Assembly (NCBI GenBank): GCA_963833225.1
Contig: CAWHXD010000019.1
Span: 512,001-576,000 of the forward strand
Direction of reading: 5' to 3'
Source of the DNA: an uncultured Chloroflexia bacterium
Lineage (GTDB): Bacteria > Chloroflexota > Limnocylindria > Limnocylindrales > CSP1-4
DNA: 64,000 bases
Position numbers and translations under genes: made by a program
Notes under the pieces: generated by a model
Databases searched by the model: none
The model's input: only the letters and a program-made list of their open reading frames with translations
What the model was told of the DNA's origin: nothing
In this document: positions 36,937-48,071 of the stretch, piece by piece
Layout: every line of letters starts with the position of its first letter
Position numbering within the stretch: position 1 is the stretch's first letter

Positions 36937-38012
36937 CCGCGCGTCGCCGGCGCCTCGCCGGCGCCCCCGGTGACCCCGTCCATCCCCCGGCCAACGGGCC
37001 CCGGTGGCTGGCCGGTGATGCCGGTCGCGAGCGGCTGCCCCGTCGTCTCGTCAACGACGACCCAGCGCACGCGGGCGGGGTAGTCGCCGGGCGGGTAGCG
37101 CGCCGGGCCGTAGGTGGTCTCCAGGCCCCGCGCGTACCAGACCAGGCCCTCGGGTGAGGGTAGCCGCGCCAGCGCCCCACCCGCCTCTGGGTCCATCGCC
37201 GTCACGGTGGCAGGACGGACCACCGCCGACACGAGGACGGTCCCGGTCCAGCCGGTCACGAGCCCCTCGGCCTCATCGCGGTGCCGATACGCGATCGCCG
37301 GCGGCGGGACCTCCAGCCCTGCGTCGAAGATGGGGCCCGGTTCGAACGCCTCGCCCGAGGCCCAGGCGACCAGGTCGGCCGTGAACCGTTCGGCGCAGCC
37401 ACGCGTGCTCCGGAAGCAGTCGGACCCGGGGCCCTCGCTCCGGCCCACCAGGATCACGGGCACTGGCGCCGCATGCTGCGCCCCGGGCCATTCGAGCGGT
37501 GGCGGGAGGCGCACCCCGGGCGGCACGATGACGTGGACATGGGACGAGGGATCCGGGGTCGACGGGTCCGCGACCAGCAGGAGGGCGGTCCGCTCACACA
37601 GTGGGCTCAGGACGCCGCGCGTATCACCGACTGCCGCGGTGCAGCCATCGTCGGTGGCAAGCGAGGTCAGCCAGCCGGCGATGGCGAGCGGCTGCCCGGT
37701 CGCGGCGGCAAGCTCCACCTGGGCTTCCGTGACCGAGCGCACCGACAGGTTCGCGGCGACGTCGGGGAAGCGCGATGGCGGCCCGTCTGGGACGGCGGGC
37801 TGGAACGCGGGCCGTGTTGCGTGGGGGGCTGCCGTGGCGGAAGAGGCCACGGGATCCGGCGATGAGGCTGGCGGCGAGGTCTCCGCCTGGCGGCCCGCCA
37901 GGCCTGCGCCGACCGCGGCCGCGAGTAGGACCACCGGCAAGGCGAGGCCGATCGCGCGGAGGCCGCGGCGGATGGGGCCGCGCGGGTTCTTGGACGCGGG
38001 CTGGACGATCAT
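36933..38012 (-). CDS. Hypothetical membrane-anchored extracellular protein (TM helix, Ser/Pro linker, paired Cys)
   Basis: Basic N-terminus, hydrophobic helix IGLALPVVLLAAAVGAGL, low-complexity linker, then a globular region. Confidence 0.6.
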   Translation of the reverse strand: MIVQPASKNPRGPIRRGLRAIGLALPVVLLAAAVGAGLAGRQAETSPPASSPDPVASSATAAPHATRPAFQPAVPDGPPSRFPDVAANLSVRSVTEAQVELAAATGQPLAIAGWLTSLATDDGCTAAVGDTRGVLSPLCERTALLLVADPSTPDPSSHVHVIVPPGVRLPPPLEWPGAQHAAPVPVILVGRSEGPGSDCFRSTRGCAERFTADLVAWASGEAFEPGPIFDAGLEVPPPAIAYRHRDEAEGLVTGWTGTVLVSAVVRPATVTAMDPEAGGALARLPSPEGLVWYARGLETTYGPARYPPGDYPARVRWVVVDETTGQPLATGITGQPPGPVGRGMDGVTGGAGEAPATRG

Positions 38013-38043
38013 GGTGTGCCACTGCGTACGGCCGGCCCGGCGT

Positions 38044-38066
38044 GCCGGACGGCTCTGCCGTCCGGC
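38044..38066. terminator. GC-rich hairpin downstream of the gcvP/SDR operon (possible terminator)
   Basis: GCCGGACGGC-TCT-GCCGTCCGGC is a perfect 10-bp stem, but there is no clear U tract. Confidence 0.35.
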
Positions 38067-38149
38067 GATCTTACGTGAAGTCTTGGAATCGCCCCAAAGC
38101 GGCAAGGCAGCGCAGCGTGGCTGGGAGCCGGTCGATGTCGGCCCCGGTG

Positions 38150-38912
38150 TCAGGCAAGGCCGCCCCCGTCCACCACCAGGATCGAACCGGTCACCCACGA
38201 CGCCTCGTCAGATGCGAGGTAGAGGACGGCTCGCGCAATGTCCTCGGGAGTTCCGAGGCGGGCGAGCGGACGCTCGGCGCTCTCGACCAGGAAGGCGGCC
38301 TCGTCCACGCCCAGCTGCCGGGCCTCGGAGCGAAGCAGGGGGGTGTCCGTGTCGCCGGGACAGACGCAGTTGACGCGGATGCCAGCCGGCCCATGGTCGA
38401 TGGCCATCGCCCGCGTCATGTTGACCACGGCACCCTTGGACGCGCAGTAGCTGACGGCGTTGCCGCCCCCCTTGAGGCCCCAGCCGGAGCCGATGTTGAC
38501 GATGGACTCCGCGGCCCGCCGCCGCCATAACCGGGACGGCGTGCTTGCCGAGCAGGAAGATCGACCGGACGTTGACCGCCATGACCGCGTCCCACTCCTG
38601 CTCGCTGGTGCCCACGACATCCGAGCGGCGGATGATGCCCGCGGAGTTGACCACGACATCGAGCCCCCCAAGCTCGCTCGTGGCGACCTCGACCAGGTGC
38701 CGGCATGCGTCGCTGTCGGTGACATCGGCGGTCACCGCCCTGGCCCGGCCGCCGGCGGTCTCGATTGCGGCGGCTGTCGCGGTGGCGCCGGCGGCGTCAA
38801 GATCGGCCACCACCACCGCCCCGCCTTCTGCCGCCAGGAGCATGGCCGTTGCCCGTCCGATCCCGGAGGCCGCGCCGGTCACGATGCCCGTGCGTCCCGT
38901 CATTCGCTTCAT
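38150..38912 (-). CDS. Short-chain dehydrogenase/reductase; apparent frameshift near 38515
   Basis: TGAASGIG and VNSAG, then IVNIGS, YCASK, VNCVCPG and VDGG in the shifted frame. Confidence 0.9.
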
Positions 38913-38940
38913 CAGCTCTCCTTCCGGCCGTTCAGGTCGT

Positions 38941-40114
38941 TCACGCGGGGGCGATCGCGGCGACCGCGCGCTCCCGGTAGCCAGTCACCACGGTCACGTA
39001 CCCGGCGAGGCCGCGGTCGACATCCGGGTCACCGGTGTCCACGAGCAGCGGCGCGCCGGCCAGGGCGGCCAGTTTGCGCGGTGCCGCGACCACCATGAGT
39101 CCCTGGCGGCCCACGTCGCGGATGACATCGGCCGGAATTCTGCTGGTTGCCGCGGCCGAACAGGAAGCCCTGGCCTCCGATCGGGGTCACGATGATCGAG
39201 AAGGGCCGGCCGGCCACGGCCTCCCGCACCGCCGCCGCCCCCGCGTCCGCCACGATCACCCGGGCCACGGAGGTGTCGCCGGGCCGCGGCTCGAGGGCCT
39301 CCACGACGTCGACCCCCACCAGCGTGGCCGGCACCCCTGCTGCCGCCGAGATCGCCGCGACGGTCGTGCCGGGACCGAGCACATAGCGACGGCCGGGCTC
39401 GAAGCCGGCGACGACGTCCGCCGCGATGGCCTGGGTGGCCTTTGCGTCACTGGCCGGGGTGGGCGCCTTGCGCGACTGGATCGCCCGGTCTACCGGGACG
39501 CGCAGCGTGCCGTACAGCCGGGGCGTGATACCGGGACCCTCGGCCAGGTCGACAACCTCGCGGTCGGCCTCGGCCCGCCGGCCCGTCGCCAGCCACGCGG
39601 CTGCGGTGCGTCCGGCCGCGGCCGGCCCGACCGCGAACACGCCAGACTGGATCTTCACGCCCGCCGGGATCCCGAGCACCACGACGCCGTGGCCGACGGC
39701 GGTCGCGACATCGCGCGCCGTGCCGTCGCCGCCGGCGAACAGCAACAGGTCCACGCCAGCCTCGAGCAGGGCGGTCGCCGCCGCACAGGTGTCCTCGGCG
39801 GTGGTGGGCTGGTGGAGCGAGGGACCGATCCTGCGGGTCTCGAGCCCGGCACCACGTGCGGCGTCCTCGCCCATGGGTCCGGCGGCAGCCAGGATCTCAG
39901 GCGGCAGCCCGTCGGGGGGCCACGTTGCTCGCAGGGCGTGCAGCGCCTCGGTCGCGCGGGTGGCCGCCCTCGGCGCTGCCCCCAGGGCGAGCGCGCGGGC
40001 GACGATCTCCGGGCCGTCGGTCCCCTTGAGCCCGGCAGGACCGCCGAGGCCGGCAATGGGATTCACGATCAGCCCGAGCACCGGCCGCCGGGAGCCGGCC
40101 ACCAGGTCAGCCAT
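38941..40114 (-). CDS. ATP-NAD kinase-fold protein (AcoX/COG3199 type); apparent frameshift near 39140
   Basis: LIVNPIAGLGG..GLKGTDG, AGGDGTARD, GIPAGVKIQSGVFA, GPGTT and TPIGGQGFLFGRGNQQ. The shifted tail has LVDTGD...VVTGY-stop at 38941. Confidence 0.85.
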
Positions 40115-41740
40115 CGCCCTCGGGCGTCCCGTCGGCGAGGGCGTGCTTGCGCCGGTAGGCGCGCCAGGTGGGCGACCACAGCGCGGGGTCGTCGAACCAG
40201 CTTTGATCCACCTGGTGGATCGTGCTCCGGTGGGGTGCCGTCCGCACGAGCTCGGGATCGTGCCGAGCCTCATCCGCCACGGTCCGGAGCATGGCCACGT
40301 ACTCATCGAGGTCCGCTGCCGAGTAGGACTCGGTGGGCTCCAGCGTCATCGGCTCCGGGACGACGAAGGGGTGGTGGCTCGTCCAGTAATGCGTCCCGAA
40401 GTCCGCCATCCGGACCCCCAGCTCTTCGCTGTGGATCCCGGTCTCCTCGGCTAGGGCTGCCCAGCTGTACCGGACCTGCTCGATCCGCCGGTGGCCAGCC
40501 GCATAAGGTGCGGTGACACCCGGGATCCCGAGGACCCTGTTCAACAGGTAGTTGTTGTTCAGGACCGCGATCTCGGCTACCTCTCGCAGCCCCTCCGCGC
40601 CCATGCTCATGATCCAGGCATAGGCCCGGACCAGGTTGGGAACGACGCCGTACCACGGGCGAACCTTGCCGATCGACTGGGGGCGGTCGTCATCGAGCAC
40701 GAAGGTATCGCCGCGCCGCTCCACGGTGGGGGACGGCAGGAACGGGGCGAGCGTCTCGGTCACGCCACAGGCGCCAGCGCCGGGTCCGCCGCTGGCATGC
40801 GGCGTGGAGAAGGTCTTGTGCAGGTTGAAATGGCACAGGTCGAAGCCCGCGGAGCGGGCGCTGGTGATCCCCAGGATCCCGTTGGCGTTCGCCTGGTCGT
40901 AGGCCGCCAGCCCACCGACCTGGTGCACGGCACGCACGAACTCGTCGATCTCGCCGTTGTAGATCCCGGTGTCCTCAGGGTTCGTGATCATCAGGCCGGC
41001 GGTTCGGTCGGACAGCACGCTCCGGAGCGCGGCGAGGGTCGGCCGGCCGAGCTCCGGGTCGGGCATCAGCGTGATCACCTTGAACCCGGCCGTCCTGGCA
41101 CAGGCGGCGTTCGAGGGATGGCTGAACATCGTGGTGACGATCTCGTCGCGCTGGCCCCCCTCACCCCGGGCGGCGTGGTACGCGCGGATCATCGACACGT
41201 TGGTCCAGATCGCGCCCGAGCCCGAGGCGGGCTGGAGCGTGACGCGATCCATGCCCGAGATCGCTCGCAGCAACTGTTCGACGCGCCACAGGATCTCGAG
41301 CACCCCCTGGACGGTGGACTCGTCCTGGAGCGGGTGCAGGTCGGCCAGCCGGCTGTTGCGGATGAGCTGGTCGTTGACCTTGGGCGAGTACTTCATCGTG
41401 CAGGTGCCTTGCCCGATATCGATGTTGAGGTCGACGCCCAGGTTCTCCTGCGAGAGCCGGGCGTAGTGGCGCACGACGTGCAGCTGCGCCGAGCTCGGGC
41501 AGCGCAGGCGCCGTCGCCCTGCGCACGCCCTCGGGCAGGGCATCGGCGGGGTTGCCGACCCGGCTCGACGATCGCCGGTTCCAGCTCGGGCACCAGGACC
41601 CCGCGGGCGCCGGGGGTGCTGAGCTCGAAGATGATCGGCTCGTCCCAGCTGGCCTGGTGGAACCGGCGGGGCATGGGCTTGGGGGCGACGGGCGCGGCGG
41701 GGGTCGCGGCACCGGTCGGGCTGCCGTGGCTGCTGCTCAT
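40107..41740 (-). CDS. gcvPB: Glycine decarboxylase P-protein beta subunit homolog (divergent); apparent frameshifts at about 41490-41560
   Basis: FHQASWDEPIIFELS, RHYARLSQ, GTCTMKY, MITNPEDTG, the PLP lysine motif HFNLHKTF, and LEPTES. Confidence 0.85.
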
Positions 41741-43149
41741 CGGATGCTCTCCCGGACGGCGTCGACGAGATCGTCGATGTCGCGTTGTGTCCTCACCTCG
41801 GTCACCGCCAGCAGGGCTGCCTGGCCGAGCGCCGGGACCTCCTTCGACAGGTCCTTGCCGCCGAGGATCCCGCGGGCAAGCAGCGCACGGTTGACGTCGG
41901 CGACGGTCCGGCCGGTCTCGGTGAGGTCGAGCACGAACTCGTGGACGTGGTGCGAATCGCCAAAGGGGAGCCGGACGCCGGGCACCTCGGCCAGCCGTTC
42001 CATCGCATAGCGCGTCCGGGCCATCATCCGCTCGCCCAGCTCGCGCATGCCCTGGGGGCCCATGAGCGCGAGGTAGACGCCCGCGGTGATGCCCCACAGC
42101 GCGGCGGCCGTCCCGACCCACTCCTTGCCCTCCTCGCGGACGGCGAACGAGGTGCGCTCGTAGGCGACGTCGCCGAACCCGTACTCGCCGGGCACCGACG
42201 TGGGAGCCACGCCGAACAGGCGCGACGGATACTCGAGCACGATGCGAGGGTCGTCGGCGGAGGCGATGAAGCCGCCATGTCCGCCGCCGAACTGCTGATG
42301 CATGCCGAGCGGCTGGATGTCGCCGCAGGCGATGTCGGCACCGAACGACGATGGTGGCGCCAGCACGCCGAGGGTCGCCGGATCGACGTTGACCACCAGC
42401 AGCGCGCCCGCCTCGTGCGCGACCCGGGCGATCTCGGCCCCGGCGGTCTCCACCACACCCAGGTAGGACGGCTGCTCGAGGTAGACCGCGGCCACCGTGT
42501 CGTCGATCGCCGCCCGGAGTGCGGCGAGGCCGACCGTCCCGGTCGTGGGGTCGTACCCGACCTCGTCCAGGACGAGGTTCGGGCCGCTGTGGTCGCGGAA
42601 CTTGGACAGCCGATCGGTGCCGATGGCACCCACAAGCAGGACGCAGTCCCGGCCAGTTGCCCTGGCGGCCATGCCGAGGGCGGTGGCGCCGGCCTGGTAT
42701 CCGTCGTAGACGGGCACGTTGACAACGTCCATCTCGAGCAGCTCGGCCATCATCGAGACGTACTCGAACAGCGCCTGGAAGCGTCCGTGGTCCTCGTAGG
42801 GCTCGCCCGCGTAGGCGGTGAGGAACTCGCTCCGACCGCCGACCTCGTCGCACACCGCGGGTACGTGGTGGTCGTAGCAGCCGGCCCCCAGGAAGCTCAC
42901 CAGGTCGCGTGTGGATCGGTTCCGCGCCAGCAGCCCTTCCACGTGGCGCACAAGTTCGGCCTCGGACGCCATCGCCGACGGCAGGTCGAGCGGCTGCTGG
43001 AGGCGGAGGCGCGTCGGGATGTCTTCATAGAGCTCCTCCACGCTCGCAACACCGATCGCCGCCAGCATCGCGGCCTTGACCCGCGGCTCGGAGTTGGGGA
43101 TGTACGGGTGTGCGACGCGGCTCGCGGGTGCTGTCGCCTGGTCTGTCAT
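41737..43149 (-). CDS. gcvPA: Glycine decarboxylase P-protein alpha subunit homolog (divergent)
   Basis: HPYIP, FLGAGCYDH, QALFEY, YDG, GADIACGDIQPLG and AVTE. ATGA overlap with gcvPB. Confidence 0.88.
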   Translation of the reverse strand: MTDQATAPASRVAHPYIPNSEPRVKAAMLAAIGVASVEELYEDIPTRLRLQQPLDLPSAMASEAELVRHVEGLLARNRSTRDLVSFLGAGCYDHHVPAVCDEVGGRSEFLTAYAGEPYEDHGRFQALFEYVSMMAELLEMDVVNVPVYDGYQAGATALGMAARATGRDCVLLVGAIGTDRLSKFRDHSGPNLVLDEVGYDPTTGTVGLAALRAAIDDTVAAVYLEQPSYLGVVETAGAEIARVAHEAGALLVVNVDPATLGVLAPPSSFGADIACGDIQPLGMHQQFGGGHGGFIASADDPRIVLEYPSRLFGVAPTSVPGEYGFGDVAYERTSFAVREEGKEWVGTAAALWGITAGVYLALMGPQGMRELGERMMARTRYAMERLAEVPGVRLPFGDSHHVHEFVLDLTETGRTVADVNRALLARGILGGKDLSKEVPALGQAALLAVTEVRTQRDIDDLVDAVRESIR

Positions 43150-43206
43150 GGTCCCTCCCGTAGTCGTGCGCGGCGGGCCGGCGCGCTGGTGACGAACAGC
43201 CCGGGC

Positions 43207-44001
43207 TCAGGCCGGGCAAATCCAGTCGCGGCTGGCCAGGCCCCCGGCCAGCTCGCCGCCGTCGATGGGGATCACCGTTCCCGTCAGGTAGGCGGCCTCG
43301 TCGGAGGCCAGGAAGGCGAACAGGCCCGCCACCTCGTCCGGCCGGGCGTGCCTGCCGACCGGGATCTTGGCGTCGGTCGCCGCCAGCATCTCCGGGGTGT
43401 ATTCCGACTGCTGCATGGGTGTCATCACGTAGCCGGGACAGATGGCGTTCACCCGCACCTGTGGCGCCAGCTCCAGCGCCATCGATCGGGTCAGCAGGAT
43501 CACGCCTGCCTTCGACGCGTTGTAGTCGGCGTAGAACGGGTGGCCCACCACGCCGTTGGTCGAGGCCGTCATCAGGATCACGCCGCCGTCACCGGCCACC
43601 ATCCTTCGCGCGGCGAGCTGGGCGCAATGGAAGACGCCGTCGAGGTTGACCGCCATGACCCGCCGCCACTCCTCGGGCGTGATGTCGAGGAAACGGTGGC
43701 GGATGCTGATCCCGGCATTCGCGACGAGCACGTCGACGCCTCCCACCATCGCGTCCAGTGCCGAGAACGCCGCTTCCACCGAGGCTCGATCCGACACGTC
43801 CGCCTCGAGGGTGCCGGCCAGGCCGGGGACCTCGTCGCGGACGGCCGCCAGGCGTGCCGCGTCCCGGTCCAGGACCACGACCCGGGCGCCTTCTGCCACG
43901 AACCGTTCCGCTGTTGCCTGACCGATGCCGCTCGCGCCACCGGTGACGACCACGCGGCGTCCGCTGAGCTCCCTGTGGCGGCCTGCAGGACGATCGGTCA
44001 C
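43207..44001 (-). CDS. Short-chain dehydrogenase/reductase
   Basis: TGGASGIG, ANAG, YNASK, VNAICPG and IDGG. Confidence 0.92.
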   Translation of the reverse strand: MTDRPAGRHRELSGRRVVVTGGASGIGQATAERFVAEGARVVVLDRDAARLAAVRDEVPGLAGTLEADVSDRASVEAAFSALDAMVGGVDVLVANAGISIRHRFLDITPEEWRRVMAVNLDGVFHCAQLAARRMVAGDGGVILMTASTNGVVGHPFYADYNASKAGVILLTRSMALELAPQVRVNAICPGYVMTPMQQSEYTPEMLAATDAKIPVGRHARPDEVAGLFAFLASDEAAYLTGTVIPIDGGELAGGLASRDWICPA

Positions 44002-45152
44002 GGCTGGGTCTCCTCGGTTCCCTGGGCGACGTCGGGAGCCGGCGGGCCGCCCGTTGCGGGGTTGTCGGGGGTCGTGCGGCGCCGGCGCCAGGCCAGCAGG
44101 GTCTCATCGAGCTCCAGGCGGCCGAACAGGCCGTCGGACCGGCGGTACATGACGAAGATGATGGCCAGCCCCAGCGTGACCTCCTGCAGCCCGAAGATGC
44201 CCTGCAGCGTGAAGTCGCCCACGGTGAAGCCGCTGAGGAGGCCCTCGAGGCGGCGGGCCATCTCGGTCAGCAAGGAGATCAGCACAGCCCCGCCGACCGC
44301 GCCGGTGACGGTCGTCGATCCGCCCACCACCAGCATCGCCAGCAGGGCGAACTGGAGGGTGAAGTAGAACTGCTTGGGCGAGAAGGCCGTCAGGGTGTGT
44401 CCCAGCAGGACGCCCGCCACTCCCACAACCAGCGCACTCAGCATCCACGCGACCAGCCGCAGGTTGGGGATGTCGATCCCCATCGACCGCGCCGCCAGCT
44501 CGTCCTCGCGGCTCGCCCGGATCCGCAGGCCGGTGGTGGACTCGCGGAACAGGCGGGCGACGAAGATCGCACCCAGGGCGGCCAGCAGGCACAGCCAGAT
44601 GGTCACGTCGGGCGGTACCCCGTAGAACGTCTGCGAGCCGCGGGTGATGTCGGCGGCGCCCACCAGCACCACGTAGACGATCATCAGCATCGACAGGGTC
44701 GCGATCGGGGTTGCCGCGGCCGACAGCCTTGAGAGCGGCACCCCGAACAGGAGGGCGACGACGGCGACCACCCCGAGCGCCACGAGCAGCGCCCCCAGCA
44801 GCGGCAGCTGGATCTCCCGCAGGAACGGCACGATGTTGGGCAGCGCCTGGGCCTTGATGATGGGATCCATGGTCAGGATCCCGCTCGCGTAGGCGGCCAC
44901 GCCCATGAATGCCGCGTGGCCGAAGGTCAGGATCCCGGTGTTGCCGCTGTAGATCCCGAAGCCGACGACGGCCACCAGCGCGATCAGGAAGTTCTGGGTG
45001 ACCTGCTGCTCGGCAGGGCCTAGCCCGATCGCGATCAGCGCGGTCAGAACCACGAGTGGCGCGCCCAGTGTGGTGAGGCCGGCCAGGGCCCGGACGACCG
45101 GAACATCGGTGGACAGGTGGCGGCCGGCGACCCGGAACGTGGTCTCGCTCAT
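43998..45152 (-). CDS. livM: Branched-chain amino acid (HAAT) ABC permease, LivM-like
   Basis: GILTFGHAAFMG, GLRIRASREDELAARSMG and VVGG..GAVGG. Confidence 0.88.
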   Translation of the reverse strand: MSETTFRVAGRHLSTDVPVVRALAGLTTLGAPLVVLTALIAIGLGPAEQQVTQNFLIALVAVVGFGIYSGNTGILTFGHAAFMGVAAYASGILTMDPIIKAQALPNIVPFLREIQLPLLGALLVALGVVAVVALLFGVPLSRLSAAATPIATLSMLMIVYVVLVGAADITRGSQTFYGVPPDVTIWLCLLAALGAIFVARLFRESTTGLRIRASREDELAARSMGIDIPNLRLVAWMLSALVVGVAGVLLGHTLTAFSPKQFYFTLQFALLAMLVVGGSTTVTGAVGGAVLISLLTEMARRLEGLLSGFTVGDFTLQGIFGLQEVTLGLAIIFVMYRRSDGLFGRLELDETLLAWRRRRTTPDNPATGGPPAPDVAQGTEETQP

Positions 45153-46036
45153 GCGCGGTCCGTCGCGCGGCCCAGCAGGCCCTGCGGGCGCCACAGCAGG
45201 ATCACGATGACGATGGTCAGCGCCACCGCGTCCTTGAATGGGAGGGCGGCCTCCGGAAGCCATGCCTGGAGCATGATCTCGATGAATCCGAAGACGAACC
45301 CGCCGAGGACCGCTCCGGGGAGGCTGCCGAGCCCGCCCATGACCGCCGCGATGAAGGCCTTGATCACGGGCGTCAGGCCCATGGCGGGCTCGACTGAGCC
45401 GCGCTGGGCGACGTACAGGAACGCGGCCACGCCGGCCAGCAGGCCCGAGATCCCGAACGCGGTCGCGATCACGCGGTCGGCCCGGATGCCCATCAGCCTG
45501 GCGACCGAGAAGTCCTGGGCGGCCGCCCGCATGCTGATCCCCATCGTCGTCCGGCGCAGGAACACGGTGATCAGGGCAAGCGACACGAGCACCAGCACGA
45601 TGGCGGTGAGCTGGATCAGGCCGATGCCAATCCCGAACACCGGGATCACCTGGCTCATCTCGGGCGGCAGCTGGATCCCGCGGGGCCGCGGGGAGATCAC
45701 GTTCTGGAACGTGACCTGCAGGATGATCGACACTGCGAAGCTGGTCAGTAGCATCGTGGCTCCGCTCGAGCCACGGACCGGGCGGAAGGCGACCCGCTCC
45801 ATGGTCACGGCCGCTGCCATCCCGGTCAGCACGGCCGCAGCCAGCACAAGTGGCAGCGGCGCCCCGAAGGCGACCGTCGCGACCCACATCGCGTAGCCGC
45901 CCAGGGTCATGATCTCGCCGTGGGCGAAGTTGACCATGCCCATGATGCTGAACACGATCGCCAGCCCCAGGGCGAGCAGGGCGTAGATGCCGCCCAGGCT
46001 GAGCGCGTTGACGAACTGCTGGACGACGAGCTCCAT
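45149..46036 (-). CDS. livH: HAAT ABC permease, LivH-like
   Basis: GGIYALLALGL..VNFAHG, MRAAAQD..ARLMGI and GGLGSLPGA. Confidence 0.9.
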   Translation of the reverse strand: MELVVQQFVNALSLGGIYALLALGLAIVFSIMGMVNFAHGEIMTLGGYAMWVATVAFGAPLPLVLAAAVLTGMAAAVTMERVAFRPVRGSSGATMLLTSFAVSIILQVTFQNVISPRPRGIQLPPEMSQVIPVFGIGIGLIQLTAIVLVLVSLALITVFLRRTTMGISMRAAAQDFSVARLMGIRADRVIATAFGISGLLAGVAAFLYVAQRGSVEPAMGLTPVIKAFIAAVMGGLGSLPGAVLGGFVFGFIEIMLQAWLPEAALPFKDAVALTIVIVILLWRPQGLLGRATDRA

Positions 46037-46755
46037 CAGTCAGCTCCGATCCCGAGGTAGGCGCGCTCGATTCCGCTCGAGCTGCGCAACTCGGCCGCTG
46101 AGCCTTCCATCTGGAGCTCGCCCGATGCCAGCACGTATCCTCGATCGGCGATCGAGAGGGTGAGGTCCACGTTCTGTTCCACCAGCAGGATGGTCACGCC
46201 GTCCCGGCGCAGGTCGAGGATGAGCTCGAAGATGAGATCGACGAACTTGGGCGCCAGCCCGAGCGAGGGCTCATCGAGCAGGAGCAGCCGCGGGCCGCAC
46301 ATCAGCGAGCGGGCGATGGCGAGCTGCTGCTGTTCACCGCCCGAGAGCGTGCCTGCCGCCTGCCGTCGACGTTCCGCGAGCACCGGGAAGCGCTCGTACG
46401 CCATCTCCCGCAGCTTCGGCGCCTGGGAGCGATCTCGGAGCGCGATCGCTCCCAGGAGCAGGTTCTCGTCCACCGAGAGGGTCGCGAACACGCGGCGGCC
46501 CTCCGGGGTCAGGGTCATGCCCATGCGCACGATGCGCTCGGGGCGCATGCCGACGATCCCCTGTCCATCGAAGCGGGCGTCACCCTGCACGTGCGGAACG
46601 AGGCCCATCAGGGCATTGAGCGTGCTCGACTTGCCGGCGCCGTTGGCGCCCAGCACGGCGACGATTTCGCCGGTCTCCACGTGCAGGGACAGGTCGCGGA
46701 CGGCGCGAATGGCGTCATACGCGACGGACAGCCGCTCGACGGACAGGAGGCTCAC
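46036..46755 (-). CDS. livF: HAAT ABC ATP-binding protein, LivF-like
   Basis: [31 protein letters not shown] and VEQN. Confidence 0.92.
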   Translation of the reverse strand: MSLLSVERLSVAYDAIRAVRDLSLHVETGEIVAVLGANGAGKSSTLNALMGLVPHVQGDARFDGQGIVGMRPERIVRMGMTLTPEGRRVFATLSVDENLLLGAIALRDRSQAPKLREMAYERFPVLAERRRQAAGTLSGGEQQQLAIARSLMCGPRLLLLDEPSLGLAPKFVDLIFELILDLRRDGVTILLVEQNVDLTLSIADRGYVLASGELQMEGSAAELRSSSGIERAYLGIGAD

Positions 46756-46771
46756 GGTCTGGGGGTCTGGG

Positions 46772-47944
46772 TTAGGGGGCCGGAATGTCGGCCGAGTCGG
46801 GCTGGAGCGTGTCGAGCAGCTCGAACTGACCGTTCTTGATGGTCACGAGGTACACGGTCTTGAGCGGAATCCGGTTCTGTCCCTTGTAGGTGATCGAGCC
46901 GGTCGCGCCCTGGACGTTCTCCAGGTTGTCGATCGCGTCGCGCACCTTGGCCGGATCGGTGGTCCCAGCGGCGGTGACGCCTGCCTCCACGACTTTGATC
47001 AGGTCGTAGCCGGTGGCAGCGAACACGCTGTCGGGCGGCGACCCGTACTCAGCCTCGTAGTTGGCCCAGAACGTGGCGGTCGGGGTGCCCTCGGCCGGGA
47101 AGCCGTGAGTGGTGAACACCAAGCCCTCGACAGCCGGGCCGCCGGCGCTGATGGTGTCCTGCGAGTCGACGCCGTCGATCGAGATGACCGGGATGGTCAC
47201 GCCGGCGGCGCGAAGCTGCTTGATGAAGGTGGGCGCGTCCGGCGGGTAGGCCGGCGTCATGATCACGTCCGGTGCCGGCGACATCGCCTGGATCTTGGTC
47301 ACCTCGGCGCTGAAGTCGGCCGCTCCGAGGGTGAACGAGCCGCGCCCGACGATCGAGCCGCCCTTCTTCTCGAACACCTGCGCGAAGTAGTCGCACGACT
47401 TCGACGTGTACGAGGAATTGGGCGAGCACAGCAGGTAGGCGGTCTTGTAGCCGGTGTTGGCGGCGTACGTGGCGAGCGCGGTGGCCTGGGTGTTGTCGCC
47501 GAACACGCTCATGAACATGAAGTCGCCCACCGATGCCGGCAGGATCGGCGAGGTGGCCGCGGTCGACATCGTCGGCACGCCGGCCTTCTGGGCGATCTGG
47601 CCGGCCGCGGTGCACGGATCAGCATCCGAGGTGCAGATCAGGAACTTGACCCCCTTGGAGATCAGGTCCTGCGCCACGACCGCGCTCTGGGCGGCCTCGG
47701 AGCGGTTGTCCTGGAGGGTCAGCTCGATCTTCCACTTGCCGTCGATGCCGCCCTTGTCGTTGATCTCCTTGATTGCCAGCTGGACGCCCTTGGATGCCGG
47801 GACGTCCGAGTAGGCGAGCAGACCAGTCTGTGACGAGTCGTAGCCGATGGGATAGGTGCCGCTGTCGCCGCCGCCACTGCTCCCGCAGGCAGCCACGATG
47901 AGCATGGCCGCAGCGGCCATGCTGAGTGTCGTGCGAGCATTCAC
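46772..47944 (-). CDS. HAAT ABC substrate-binding lipoprotein, LivK-like
   Basis: VAAC lipobox, [14 protein letters not shown] and GATG. AGGAGG RBS before GTG 47944. Confidence 0.88.
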   Translation of the reverse strand: MNARTTLSMAAAAMLIVAACGSSGGGDSGTYPIGYDSSQTGLLAYSDVPASKGVQLAIKEINDKGGIDGKWKIELTLQDNRSEAAQSAVVAQDLISKGVKFLICTSDADPCTAAGQIAQKAGVPTMSTAATSPILPASVGDFMFMSVFGDNTQATALATYAANTGYKTAYLLCSPNSSYTSKSCDYFAQVFEKKGGSIVGRGSFTLGAADFSAEVTKIQAMSPAPDVIMTPAYPPDAPTFIKQLRAAGVTIPVISIDGVDSQDTISAGGPAVEGLVFTTHGFPAEGTPTATFWANYEAEYGSPPDSVFAATGYDLIKVVEAGVTAAGTTDPAKVRDAIDNLENVQGATGSITYKGQNRIPLKTVYLVTIKNGQFELLDTLQPDSADIPAP

Positions 47945-48071
47945 TGCTGCATCTCCTCCTTCGTCCATGCGGACTTGAATCCCCCCGCCGGCGGCAACCC
48001 GCAAGGGCCTGGCCGCCCGTTTGCTAGGCTCCGAGGCTGCTGCTCCCGGCCCGTGCGTCCGGTCTCGCCGC

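Noticed and set aside
41785-44367. Long antisense or alternate-frame ORFs (for example 16-1326, 20733-22808, 30911-33076, 41785-44367)
   Set aside because: These are shadow ORFs expected at very high GC. They are Arg/Gly/Pro-rich, have no motifs, and lie opposite well-supported genes.
47945-48071. Glycine riboswitch in or before the liv-gcvP operon
   Set aside because: I could not find the conserved glycine aptamer motifs here or at 43150-43206. An Rfam scan would confirm.
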